64,000 nucleotides of DNA from a virus. How positions within the stretch are numbered: position 1 is the first letter of the stretch; each line of letters starts with the position of its first letter. The notes under the pieces were generated by a model that saw only the letters and a list, made by a program, of their open reading frames with translations, had not been told where the DNA came from and searched no databases. Location of the stretch: IMG/VR virus record IMGVR_UViG_3300032738_000111, positions 14,241-78,240 of that record. One strand, given 5' to 3'. This document shows, piece by piece, positions 48,401 to 57,382 of this stretch. The position numbers and the translations under genes were made by a program.

Positions 48401-48733
48401 TGCAGGATGATAGACGCCGACTGCGTACTTGTCGGGTTCGTCAATGCCCTGCAGGACGAAGGCGCAGAAGTTGGCATCAGAGACAAACTGGAGGGCCTTA
48501 TCCGGCCCGCGCTTCACTACCAGCGTTATGCCAGTCTCGGCGAAACCTACTCTACCCCAGGCGTCGGTAGTGTGGGTCGCTTCGATGAGTCGGAACTGCT
48601 TGCCGGCTAGCGTCACCGTGTCAAGGTTCGCGCAGGCACTCAGGCCTGAGGCCGCGCCCGGGGAGACAGTGAGTGCCCATGCCTCTATGCCGCCATAGCC
48701 GCTTGCGTTGTATTTGGTGGCGTTATAGGACAC
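45491..48733 (-). CDS. Large tail protein with C-terminal Asp-box (BNR) repeats
   Basis: SINQGETW, SDDGGKT, SDDGGETW; internal CPYC...C..C. Confidence 0.7.
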   Translation of the reverse strand: MSYNATKYNASGYGGIEAWALTVSPGAASGLSACANLDTVTLAGKQFRLIEATHTTDAWGRVGFAETGITLVVKRGPDKALQFVSDANFCAFVLQGIDEPDKYAVGVYHPALGLRIAPSPGSTKPISETLVMGWKCPNITIEHDGVVQAYEYVTFTVERQTVADGIVEHQYGADIFVDTGSGTTGEWMTNAAGRVMQNRANGTGLHDIYFPNGHGALFQRENDLRDDHADKPDEYAATVWCYHRGERVRVLEGEDVTLNVEGGTIAFTGTPSGDPPGVVAHAWHEDVAGTPAPTTRVKLDGAGNGTITGLVPGKYICVERIEGDLHWTQIAARTTCTVIAGATTEVALPALAAPPADTYWLYAYDEAGDPVSADLYSEAPVGYIGSGSQIAWTEADMTASGGTWPCVVVLNDTGFYVRRDADPPDRICYEVTARGRCILIDPEEAGGYVWFRDDTAHRDLYWQTMRPPYLLVERNGRQPSVGFESIPRGVRSEPVRVRPAPEQIEEIDPGTGLPTGDYTWQWSADGDYIWDLEAHDESVLNVAPNTSSRTGDPNGLYQDPATPLYDQQIGSSRISPKLVGGKLSGNIVDGHFTRIHSGNLTEADRYGLEWGDWRRHEVRVLSGDGGDDNVHVGCITGNTCPYCHGPVWRWPSASGYLYGYCMQTLCWRDARSWVRLPSVGSSVASDDYDVRALRYRPNNLSDRLLDKWLRPVDYLETDAYISGGRWVVQHPTLATWSGNAFTDGADNAAIAATNELVNTVYVQPKVIPATIVADATYTITCTMADGYARDFLIPLPAGLDLPKQMTTSAKVVAADAEGVTTPAACDFIADVTNITSSLSEDPNSFRVVGDTPAFIDAPTPITRLAQTPWACQFLSLFGQPDIDIGRIDGITHLAWMDAGSIYYAQVDDGLEGWRYGAIEPEAGSVHKRLVMDGATTGPWDNPSVTRLPDDRIVVTGHDRGRAKTAAFISINQGETWEAVALLGDGLTLVNAKADRSGVIHIAGYSEAKMWYQRSDDGGKTLCEFGGGGTVKEIAAADAQQPGVVPIPDGRVLVVVALDNKVRPMVSDDGGETWAVADVID

Positions 48734-48734
48734 G

Positions 48735-48941
48735 CTATCCCTCGGCTGCTTTGCGGACGAAGCCGCTATAGTCTGGTGCTAGCTCCCATGCGCCGCCGTC
48801 GGCAGTTAGTCCATGCTCATCCGACAGATAGCCAGCGAAATTGTCTACGTCTCGTTGCGCCGCGCTCAATGCCTGAATCAGCGCGGTCAACCGTCGCACC
48901 TGCGCATCCGTGAACTGTTTGTTGCCACTCTTCTTAGTCAT
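48735..48941 (-). CDS. Small protein, possible fibre chaperone
   Basis: Follows a fibre gene. Confidence 0.5.
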   Translation of the reverse strand: MTKKSGNKQFTDAQVRRLTALIQALSAAQRDVDNFAGYLSDEHGLTADGGAWELAPDYSGFVRKAAEG

Positions 48942-48953
48942 GCCATTTGCCCC

Positions 48954-50801
48954 TTAGCTGTCAGTGACTGTCTTCTCTACGCCGCCCCTGTATAGATGGA
49001 CACCATCCGCCTCCATCCATATCATACCGTTGGCGAGGCTCGCGGGTGCGCCTGCCAAGTAAGGAACTGTCACCACACCGTCGCCGCGAATCTCCATGCC
49101 CGTCGCCTGCGAAGCGTACAGCTTGAAAAAGTCTTCGACTGGCATTGTCGGCGGGTCGCCTACGCGGGTGCGGACAACCTTGATGTAGTAAGCGTTGGTG
49201 AGGTCGGTTGCATCCGGCACCGAGCTATCCGACTTTGCCCAGCCGGTTAGCTCTGTGGTATTCCAGTCTGCCAGGCCAGACATTGTACCATTCTGCGTAC
49301 TATCATCGGGGAAGAATTCCACCCACACGCCATTCGCCTGCGAGTAGTACCATTCTAGGGCAAGGCTCTTACTGGAGCCGGTTGCCAGGATTATCTCGAT
49401 GACCTCGAATGTAGCGTCATCACCGATGAGAATGTATTCGTTTGCCGCGTCCCAAATCTGGAGGTCATTGCCTGCTTCGAGGAAGGCGTTGCCATCGCCG
49501 GCAGCACCGTTGACCCTATCGGTCGTATTCTCATATCCATAGTCAGGGTCTGCTGCAGCGGCACCTGATACGTGCAGCGCTATGTCGAAACCGGTGCCGA
49601 CATGCAGGGCCTGCTTTTCCAGATTGGACTGCACCTCAGTTGTCTCAAGAAATATGAGCGCGAGATTGCCAGCGGTGGCGCCCGACTCATCAACACTTAT
49701 CTGCAATACCTGATTATGGTCGGCGGCCTGCAAAGCCCCCGTCTCGTAGAATATCTGGATAGCGTCGACGTTACCGTGGCCAGCCGCATCTACGTGGAGA
49801 TGAAATGCGTCTGAATGGTCGGCAGCGATTAGCGCATCCAGTTCAAGCATGGCATGTTCTGTGAAGCCGCCGCCGCTATTGGCTACATGAAACGCGCCAG
49901 TTGTGCCAACGTGAACCTCCGTGGAGAATCCGTCACCGACAATGAATTGTGGCGCGGGGTAAATGCTGTAGTCAACATTCGTCAGGTCGGCATCCCAACT
50001 GTGCGTATGGAGCGTCACATTGTCCGCGTCTATGTATTCTTCTATCTCAGCCATAGCACCGCATTTGGCACCACTCGTTATTACTATCCAATTACCGTTG
50101 GTCGCATCGGTAGAGGTAAACGGACTGTTTGTGGTATCCGTGAAAAGCTGCTCAGCCGACCCGCCGGTATAGTCATAGTTGCCCTTGTTATCCGTGATTG
50201 TATGCTCTGCCGTGAAGCCGCCGTAGTCCCAACCTGCAAAGCTGTCGCCCCATTCATTCGCAGAGGCCTTGACCCCCGCGTCGGTTTGTAGCGTGCCCTC
50301 TGCGGTTATCCAAGTCATGTTCGCATCGGAATTGTCCGTCCAGACCTGCAGGTTGGCAGTCTGCGAGGCGGCTGCCTTCACCGTCAAGCCCACGTTGCCC
50401 GCGCTGTCAATGACAATCTTTATCGGGTCAGCCGCCGAGAGTGCGCCACCATCACCCGCTACATGCGCATGGGTATTGATGGCGGCTTCCCACTCATCAG
50501 ACTGCGCCTTGGTAAGCAACAACGCAACCGCGTCGCCCGTATCATGTGTGACCGCGCTCGTGCTTTCTTGCGCCCGTGTCACCGTCAGCGTAGTGCCCGC
50601 CGCGCTAGTGACTTTGACAATCTCCGCGTTGCTATCATCGCCGGGGTCTGTGTAGGTGGAATCGTCCCAAATGGTGAGGTGATAATCGAAGGTAGCTGGA
50701 AGTGTGGCGACGCTAGTAACAACGATAGTACCGTCGCCCGAGGCTACATCTGTCGCGATGGTGGTGCTTGCGTTATTGGCCTTTTTGAGGAAAGTTGCCA
50801 T
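48954..50801 (-). CDS. Tail fibre/spike protein
   Basis: NNASTTI...EIVKVT...LTVTRAQEST anchor; VKAAASQTANLQ; PASLANGMIW C-terminus. Confidence 0.75.
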   Translation of the reverse strand: MATFLKKANNASTTIATDVASGDGTIVVTSVATLPATFDYHLTIWDDSTYTDPGDDSNAEIVKVTSAAGTTLTVTRAQESTSAVTHDTGDAVALLLTKAQSDEWEAAINTHAHVAGDGGALSAADPIKIVIDSAGNVGLTVKAAASQTANLQVWTDNSDANMTWITAEGTLQTDAGVKASANEWGDSFAGWDYGGFTAEHTITDNKGNYDYTGGSAEQLFTDTTNSPFTSTDATNGNWIVITSGAKCGAMAEIEEYIDADNVTLHTHSWDADLTNVDYSIYPAPQFIVGDGFSTEVHVGTTGAFHVANSGGGFTEHAMLELDALIAADHSDAFHLHVDAAGHGNVDAIQIFYETGALQAADHNQVLQISVDESGATAGNLALIFLETTEVQSNLEKQALHVGTGFDIALHVSGAAAADPDYGYENTTDRVNGAAGDGNAFLEAGNDLQIWDAANEYILIGDDATFEVIEIILATGSSKSLALEWYYSQANGVWVEFFPDDSTQNGTMSGLADWNTTELTGWAKSDSSVPDATDLTNAYYIKVVRTRVGDPPTMPVEDFFKLYASQATGMEIRGDGVVTVPYLAGAPASLANGMIWMEADGVHLYRGGVEKTVTDS

Positions 50802-50851
50802 AGGTGTTTACCCGACTACGAGATTCTGCTACCGAATGATAATGCTCGGCA

Positions 50852-53458
50852 CTACACTGCTGCCCAGCGCCATTGCCCCATCCGCTTGTCAAATTCCATC
50901 CCGACAGCGTGCGCGAGCTTGTCGGGGTCAGGGACATCGCCCTCAATGTTGATGTTGATGTTCATGTTGGGGGGAGGGATTGGAGCGATTCTTGTATCGC
51001 GTGCGTCACCGCCAGGCATACCGCGTGCGTCACCTGCATCAGTGCCGATGGGTCTCACGGGCATCGGGGGACGCATATCGCCCGCCGCTGGGGGCGCTAT
51101 TGCTGGCGGTGCAAACGCTGTCTCTGCTGCCATTCTCTCCGCCGCCGCCTTCATCTCCGCTGCCTTCTTGTCCGCCGCCCTCATCGCCGCCAACTTCGCC
51201 CACCTCTGCGCCGCCGCCGCCTCCCGCGCCTCCCTCGCTGATAGCACCTCTGCCGCAGATGGTCCAATGCCTGTCTGCGCGGGAGCCTGACCGCCAGGTG
51301 TTATCGGTACCGTTATTCCACCACCAAGAGCCGCTTCAGCCGCAGCACGAGCATCTTTCGCGCCCTTGCTTATGGCATCTCCAAACTTGCTCCCCCAACT
51401 CTCGCCAGCATCCTTCCCTGCATCACCCGCCATCGCCGGAATATCAACGCCGAGTACATCAGCTACTGCCTGACGCATCTTGTTCGTAGCCTTGATGGTT
51501 TCTGGGTCTTCCCAAGCCTTCTTCCATTTCTCGGGCAGTTTATCCATCGCATCGCCGGCAGCATTTACCGCGCCCTCTATGCCCGTCCCCATGCCTTCAT
51601 AGGTAGCCGTTTGGAGGGCTTCACCCGTACGCCTAAGGCCCTCCATCGCGGCGACTGTACCCACGCTCGCCGCAACCAACTGGGCTGCAATTCCCTGTGC
51701 TCCTGGAACCAAGAAGGCAAGCCCCACCATCAACGCCGTCATAACCGCTAGGGGCTTGAGCATCGAGGACAGGAATAGCCCAGCGAACTTGACTACCATC
51801 AAGCCTAGCGCGCGGAAGACCTCAAAGCTCGTTCTTCCTAACGCATCCCACACACTGGAAGCAGCAGTGTCCCCTACAGCCATCTCAATAGTCTTGAACA
51901 CGCGAACGATAAACCCAACCGCTTCTACGTGCGCCATCGCGATAGCCTCCCAAACCTTCGCGATGCTGCCGCCGGACTCGGCGTACTCACCTACCAAATA
52001 GCGGATACCTGCAACGATGCCGCCGACTCCCGCCGCGACGCCAATCACAGCCCGCTTGAGGCCATCGGTTATAGCAGTGACGAATTCCTGCAAGCGGCCC
52101 GACTCTGAAGTCGCGTCAAAGAAGTTGCTGATAGCGTCGGTGGCGTTGGTGAAGGCGCCAGCCAAAGCCTCGCCGACCATCAGCTTTAGTTCGCCAAACC
52201 TTGCCTTGAGTCTATCCCAGGCGCGCCCGACAGTACCAGCCATCTTTGCGTATGCCTCGGCAGCCGCGCCCGCCTTGTCGTTCATCAACTCAAGTGTCTC
52301 AGCGAACTTCTTGCCCCCCGCGCCAGTCAACGCCAGCCCAGCCCGCGCCGCCATGCTGCTACCAAGCAACTTGCCCATCTTTTCAACACTGCCGCCAGTG
52401 GCTCGGTCAAGGTCCGCCATAACGCCAATGAGACCCTTGGTGCGCAAGGCGGTTTCGCTCAACTCGACACCGAGGCTCTTTGCGTACTTTTGTATTTCCT
52501 CAGTCGGCTGCGTTATCGAAATCAGGGCTTGGTTGAGGCCGCGTGCCGCCATCTGCGTACTCATGCCCTGTGTCGTCATCGCTGCAAGCGCGGCGTTGAC
52601 TTCGTCAATACTCAAGCCTGCTGTGGCTGCCGTACCCGCAATATACGCATACGCGCCAGCTAATTCACCAAATGTGGTCTTACCCGCCTTGACTGCCGTG
52701 AACATTGAGTCAGCGAGTTCGGTAACATCCGACGCGCTCTTGCCCCAGGCATTCATCAGTGTAGTCAGGCCGTCAACAGCGGTCGCGGTATCAGTGACGC
52801 CGCCAACTGCGCTCCTGGCCGCGACACCAAGGAAGGCTACAGCATCGCCAGCAGCAACACCGGCGGAGATGGTCTGGTAGAGGCCCTTAGTCAAGTCCAC
52901 GGCGGCCTCACCAGTTTGCAGCGCCAAGTCCCGGACACCTCGGCCCAGGTTGGCCATGCTCACCCAAGCCGTATCAACCAGTGTGCTGACCTCGCCCAAG
53001 GCCTTGGCGAACCCCATGTACGCAGCTATCGCCTGCTGGGTAGCCGCGACCACTAGGGCCGTCGTAACCATTGCCAACTGCCGGAGGCGGTTGATTAGCT
53101 GGCGGACGAAGTTGATTACGCTCCTGAGTATTCGCGTGCCGAAATTCCACAAGACCCTGCCGGCCCGCATAACAGCCGACGTAAGGGGCCTCAAGGCTTG
53201 CCCGGCGGCACTGTAGGCAGTTCCCAACCCCTTCGTCCAAGCCGCCTGCCTTGCGACAGCGGCCTGCATTATCGCCTTTTCCTTCGCGGCGGCGGCCTGT
53301 ACTATAGCCCTTCGCTTCGCAGCGACGGCGGCTGCTGAGGCTGCTGCTGCCTTTTCCGCCTGCATGACTTTATGCAAGCCTGCAACGACGCTGGTTATAG
53401 CCTTTGAGGTGTCGTCCTTGGCGCTGATTACGACACCGAGCTTGAAGTCGTTAGCCAT
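50852..53458 (-). CDS. Tail tape measure protein (TP901-like core)
   Basis: ISAKDDTS, LYQTISAG, GKTTFGELA; Ala-rich helical sequence; follows the chaperone. Confidence 0.92.
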   Translation of the reverse strand: MANDFKLGVVISAKDDTSKAITSVVAGLHKVMQAEKAAAASAAAVAAKRRAIVQAAAAKEKAIMQAAVARQAAWTKGLGTAYSAAGQALRPLTSAVMRAGRVLWNFGTRILRSVINFVRQLINRLRQLAMVTTALVVAATQQAIAAYMGFAKALGEVSTLVDTAWVSMANLGRGVRDLALQTGEAAVDLTKGLYQTISAGVAAGDAVAFLGVAARSAVGGVTDTATAVDGLTTLMNAWGKSASDVTELADSMFTAVKAGKTTFGELAGAYAYIAGTAATAGLSIDEVNAALAAMTTQGMSTQMAARGLNQALISITQPTEEIQKYAKSLGVELSETALRTKGLIGVMADLDRATGGSVEKMGKLLGSSMAARAGLALTGAGGKKFAETLELMNDKAGAAAEAYAKMAGTVGRAWDRLKARFGELKLMVGEALAGAFTNATDAISNFFDATSESGRLQEFVTAITDGLKRAVIGVAAGVGGIVAGIRYLVGEYAESGGSIAKVWEAIAMAHVEAVGFIVRVFKTIEMAVGDTAASSVWDALGRTSFEVFRALGLMVVKFAGLFLSSMLKPLAVMTALMVGLAFLVPGAQGIAAQLVAASVGTVAAMEGLRRTGEALQTATYEGMGTGIEGAVNAAGDAMDKLPEKWKKAWEDPETIKATNKMRQAVADVLGVDIPAMAGDAGKDAGESWGSKFGDAISKGAKDARAAAEAALGGGITVPITPGGQAPAQTGIGPSAAEVLSAREAREAAAAQRWAKLAAMRAADKKAAEMKAAAERMAAETAFAPPAIAPPAAGDMRPPMPVRPIGTDAGDARGMPGGDARDTRIAPIPPPNMNININIEGDVPDPDKLAHAVGMEFDKRMGQWRWAAV

Positions 53459-53469
53459 AATTCTTCCTA

Positions 53470-53694
53470 CTACCTCGCAGCGTTGGCTTGTCGGTTCTTC
53501 GCCCTGGCCTCTTCGTCCATTATAATCAGCCAGTGTTGAATGATATACGCAGGTTCCTCAGCTAGCGTCTCCCGCGTGTATCCACTAAGCCGTTCCAGCA
53601 GCGCAAACTCAACCATTTCGTCAGGCGGGCTTTGCACCGGCCAACCCGCAGCCCAGTTCGCGGCGGCATTGCGGAACGGCGTTACGAGTTTCCC
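53470..53694 (-). CDS. Tail assembly chaperone gpGT-like extension (-1 frameshift)
   Basis: In-frame slippery site G GGA AAC (53694-53688) opens a -1 frame running to TAG at 53472-53470. Confidence 0.75.
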   Translation of the reverse strand, partial: GKLVTPFRNAAANWAAGWPVQSPPDEMVEFALLERLSGYTRETLAEEPAYIIQHWLIIMDEEARAKNRQANAAR

Positions 53695-53999
53695 GATTCG
53701 TCATCATCCTCGGAACCGATGACTGCCCGGAAGAGCCGCTTGACGAAGTCCGGGTCATCGAATTCGGCAAGCTCTTTTTCTGTGAGTTCGGTGATTGGCT
53801 TGCCATTCTCATCCTCGTACCCTTCGATGCCGACTACGTGGTCTAGCAACGTCTTCTCGGCAAGCGCGACCTGAGCATCTGCGTCATCATCGCTCACATC
53901 CGCATACTCCTTGACTATGCGCCTCAGGTCGCCCCATTTGAGAACGATACTGAAGGTCACGTCATCAACGGTAACTTTGCGGTACTCGCCTTTTCTCAT
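53682..53999 (-). CDS. Tail assembly chaperone (gpG-like)
   Basis: Acidic 105-aa ORF between the tail tube and tape measure genes, ending at a slippery site. Confidence 0.8.
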   Translation of the reverse strand: MRKGEYRKVTVDDVTFSIVLKWGDLRRIVKEYADVSDDDADAQVALAEKTLLDHVVGIEGYEDENGKPITELTEKELAEFDDPDFVKRLFRAVIGSEDDDESGNS

Positions 54000-54023
54000 T
54001 ACATCTGCCCCTTTCTGGGCTGA

Positions 54024-54878
54024 CTACGCGATTCCGATTGCGCCTGCTGTATTCGGCGTTGCCTCAAACTCGACAGTGTAGAACGCTACACCATCTGCTA
54101 CCCACGGCACGCTCCAGCGCGTCAGTGTCATATTGGCCAACGTGATAGTCACAGTTACCGGCGTCGCGGAAGTGAACGCCAAGCTCGCACCGTTGGTGGC
54201 AGTCGGCGCGTCGGCCCAGCCATCATCAAGGCCAGCAGAGACAGCCGTACCGGGAGGCACGCCTAGCTCAAAACTGCCGCGCACGCGCTCGGCACCGATG
54301 ACAAGTTCCTCGGGGTGACGCTGCGCCGCTGCGGTCGCGGTATCAAGTGAACTATAGGGCGTCAGGTTATTCTCGACGGTGACGCTGAAACTCTGCATGG
54401 AATATGTGGCACCGTTGAGCGTGCAGACGCCTTGGTACCATTGCAGGATAGCGCCAGCATCAACTGTCTGATAGCCAGCACCCGTTATCTGACTCGGTGT
54501 CCTGGAAATCCATTCGATGGTTGACATGAGCGGCTGACCTATCCGGCCCTCCAATGTCAGCCTGTTTATCTTGGAACTCACATGCCGGAACTTGCTGGTG
54601 GTATCGCCCCCCTCGAAGGTGAGGTCGGTCAGCGTTGGCGTGGTTACACTGGCCCGCAATGCCAGCGCCATTAGCGTAGCCGCAGTAGGTGCAAACGTGG
54701 CCGTACCGGTCGCCCCCACCATCCCATACTGAGCGTCCGCCGCGCCCGATAACGAGAACAAGTAGTCTAGGCCAGTGTCCGTCTCCCACGATCCCCCTGT
54801 GACTTTGCCAGCAGTCGCGGTGACGCTTGCACCCTCGCCGTAGTCAAGCCCCTGTACAAATCCTGTGCGTAACGCCAT
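54024..54878 (-). CDS. Tail tube protein, copy 2
   Basis: Beta-rich 284 aa, FSVTVENNL motif, position before the chaperone. Confidence 0.8.
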   Translation of the reverse strand: MALRTGFVQGLDYGEGASVTATAGKVTGGSWETDTGLDYLFSLSGAADAQYGMVGATGTATFAPTAATLMALALRASVTTPTLTDLTFEGGDTTSKFRHVSSKINRLTLEGRIGQPLMSTIEWISRTPSQITGAGYQTVDAGAILQWYQGVCTLNGATYSMQSFSVTVENNLTPYSSLDTATAAAQRHPEELVIGAERVRGSFELGVPPGTAVSAGLDDGWADAPTATNGASLAFTSATPVTVTITLANMTLTRWSVPWVADGVAFYTVEFEATPNTAGAIGIA

Positions 54879-54967
54879 TCGTATCGTTCTCCTATCAGAG
54901 ACCCAACCGGCTATTGATAACTGCCACGCTCGCCCCCTGCTTGCGGCCCCTCTGCGTCTTTCCGTGC

Positions 54968-55822
54968 CTAGCTAATCGCGATGGAGTTAGCCGTGTTCGG
55001 TTTGCATTCCATTTCCACAGTTGCGAAGGCGACACCATCGGGCACGAATGGCATACTCCAGCGCGATATTGTCATGCCGGCCAGCGCGATGGTTACTGTG
55101 GTGGCGGCGGCATTGGTGAATGCCAGGCTCGCGTCCTGAGTGGCGACTGGCGCATCAGCCCAACTATCATCAAAGCCAAGCTCCACGTTTGCGGTAGGCG
55201 GTACACCTATCTCAAAACTGCCGCGTACACGTTCGGCGCCAATGACAAGCTCCTCAGGAAGGCGTTGCGAATCCGTAGTCGCGGTATCCAACGAACTGTA
55301 GGGAGTGATGTTATTCTCGACCGTGATGCTAAAACTCTGCATTGAATAGGTAAGACTGTTGATTGTGCAGACGCCCTGATACCATTGCATAATTGAGCCA
55401 GTATCAACTGACTCAAAAGCAGCACCCGTTATCTGACTCGGTGTTCGCGCAATCCACTCAATCGTTGACATTAGCGGTTGCCCTACCCGGCCTTCCAGCG
55501 TCAGGCGGTTTATCTTAGCGTTCACATGCTTGAACTTGCTAGTGGTGTCCCCGCCTTGAAAGGTCAGGTCGCTTAGTGAAGGCGAGGTTATACTGGCGCG
55601 GAGGGCTAGGGCCATCAGCGTAGCCGACGTAGGCGCGAAGGTGGCCGTGCCGGTAGCACCTACCATGCCGTACTGTGCATCCGCCGCGCCACTCAATGAG
55701 AACAGGTAGTCCAGCGCAGTGTCGTTTTCCCAACTGCCGCCGCTGACCTTACCCACGGTCGCAGTAACCGAGGCGCCCACACCATAGTCGAGTCCTTGAA
55801 CAAATCCCGTGCGTAGTGCCAT
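54968..55822 (-). CDS. Tail tube protein, copy 1
   Basis: 284-aa paralogue of 54024-54878. Confidence 0.8.
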   Translation of the reverse strand: MALRTGFVQGLDYGVGASVTATVGKVSGGSWENDTALDYLFSLSGAADAQYGMVGATGTATFAPTSATLMALALRASITSPSLSDLTFQGGDTTSKFKHVNAKINRLTLEGRVGQPLMSTIEWIARTPSQITGAAFESVDTGSIMQWYQGVCTINSLTYSMQSFSITVENNITPYSSLDTATTDSQRLPEELVIGAERVRGSFEIGVPPTANVELGFDDSWADAPVATQDASLAFTNAAATTVTIALAGMTISRWSMPFVPDGVAFATVEMECKPNTANSIAIS

Positions 55823-55860
55823 AGTTGTCTTTCTCCCGTAGCCCTGAGAGGCCGGGCATC

Positions 55861-55887
55861 AAAAAAGCCCCCGATGTCTCGGAGGCT
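55861..55887 (-). terminator. Terminator-like hairpin upstream of the tail tube genes
   Basis: AGCCTCCGA-GACA-TCGGGGGCT-TTTTT. Confidence 0.65.
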
Positions 55888-55927
55888 CCATTGATTTGTA
55901 GTTGCAGCTTACGTCCGTCCTTGCCTG

Positions 55928-56368
55928 TTACGCCGGAAGCACCTGTGGCGCGTTATACACCATAGTCATTTCGATGATGCGCTCGCCCGTTTCCCCTTCA
56001 GCCTCGAAACCGTAGCTCCATGACTTGCTGCTGAGCGTGGCCTGCTCACCGCCATCGTTCTCGAAGTAGTTGTTGTTGGCTACAATCTGGTGGATTTCCT
56101 CGCACAGTTCAAGGTGGTCGTCAGTATTCTCCCACCGCAGCGGTATTCTGGCCTCGAGCCGAATCGAAAAGTCGGTGTACCAACCGCCGCTGCCGATGAA
56201 CATTTCTACGTCTTCACTACTCAGCGGTATCAAGCGGATTTCGGGGATGCGGTCATTCCGCTCAGTAGTTGGATAGTCAAACTTGTGGACACGGGCATCG
56301 GTAAGGTGGGCACTGGTTGCGGCGTCCAAGAAACCCTTCAGCTTTGTGAGAACCTCGCTCATCTTCAT
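55928..56368 (-). CDS. Tail terminator/completion protein
   Basis: Size and position between the neck and tail tube genes. Confidence 0.6.
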   Translation of the reverse strand: MKMSEVLTKLKGFLDAATSAHLTDARVHKFDYPTTERNDRIPEIRLIPLSSEDVEMFIGSGGWYTDFSIRLEARIPLRWENTDDHLELCEEIHQIVANNNYFENDGGEQATLSSKSWSYGFEAEGETGERIIEMTMVYNAPQVLPA

Positions 56369-56844
56369 ATTCGGTCAAGGCCTCCGCTGATTTCGTCCTT
56401 GAAGAAGTCCTTGATGCCCGCCCTGGCTCGGTCAAAGGCAGGTTGCAGCCAAGGGCGGCGAGGCATCTTTATGGCAGGTATTCGCACGCTCTTGCGGAAG
56501 ATAGCAAGCCCAGTCGGGCCGAACCAACGTAACGCCTTTGCGTGGCGAGCTTTCACCGTGTGCGCCGGAATAGTTGCGCCGAACTCGTGAACCGGCCCGT
56601 AGACTACGTTAGTGCCGACCTGCGCCTCCAACTTTGCTTTGTCTATATCAACGCGGATGCTGGATCGCAGGGTATCGTCCTGCACATGGAGTGGCCGACC
56701 AGCAGTCAAGTTCTGTTTCGCATTCCTCTCTACCAAATGCGCAGCCTTAGTCAGCGCCTTCTCCGTACTCCGCCGCGTCTCCTTCGTGGCGTTGTCTAGC
56801 GACCGCAGCAGTTTCTCAACACCTCTGATTTGGAATGTGAGCAT
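56365..56844 (-). CDS. HK97-gp10-like/virion morphogenesis neck protein
   Basis: LRSSI, VGTNVVYGPVHEFG, MPRRPWLQPAF. Confidence 0.85.
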   Translation of the reverse strand: MLTFQIRGVEKLLRSLDNATKETRRSTEKALTKAAHLVERNAKQNLTAGRPLHVQDDTLRSSIRVDIDKAKLEAQVGTNVVYGPVHEFGATIPAHTVKARHAKALRWFGPTGLAIFRKSVRIPAIKMPRRPWLQPAFDRARAGIKDFFKDEISGGLDRI

Positions 56845-56847
56845 GGG

Positions 56848-57240
56848 CTATCTATCCCTGCGTTCTTGGGTAAGCGCGTCGGGCAGCGGCGGCGGGTCAT
56901 CCATAACCGATATATCGCAGATAACGTGGTCGGGCCTACCTGCCGCGCTCCGCTTGTTCGATTCCCGCACGCTCATTACTAACCAGCACTTGTCATCTGA
57001 ATGCCGCCGAAGCAACGCCGCCACCTTCAAGTCTGCCGACGGTTCTGCTCGCAGGATATGTGTCGCCAAGGGGCTGTAGTCACCAGCAGCGTTTGCGGTC
57101 AAGGCCTGCGTATTCGTCATTGAGACAATACGCCCGCGCAGGCTCGTGGTATCTGAGGGCAACCAGTCTGGCGGGTCAGTGTCGCCAAACTCAGGGGTAT
57201 GATAGACTGTCAGGCGGTCAGGGAACGGTATCAGTGCCAT
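56848..57240 (-). CDS. Head closure (stopper) protein
   Basis: Size and position; THILR motif. Confidence 0.55.
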   Translation of the reverse strand: MALIPFPDRLTVYHTPEFGDTDPPDWLPSDTTSLRGRIVSMTNTQALTANAAGDYSPLATHILRAEPSADLKVAALLRRHSDDKCWLVMSVRESNKRSAAGRPDHVICDISVMDDPPPLPDALTQERRDR

Positions 57241-57382
57241 AGGTGGGTGCTTCCCTTACTTAGAACTACAAACGCCCCAGAGAGCTTCCTGGAGCGGAGA
57301 AATGCTATTGAGGTGGTGCGCCAAGAGGCGGGAGGAGGGGGTGGTGCTTGTTGGCAGGGCAGCCAAACCCCTCGGCGCACCG

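Noticed and set aside
40059-55822. Diversity-generating retroelement acting on tail genes
   Set aside because: No reverse transcriptase, and paralogue differences are not adenine-specific template/variable repeat pairs.
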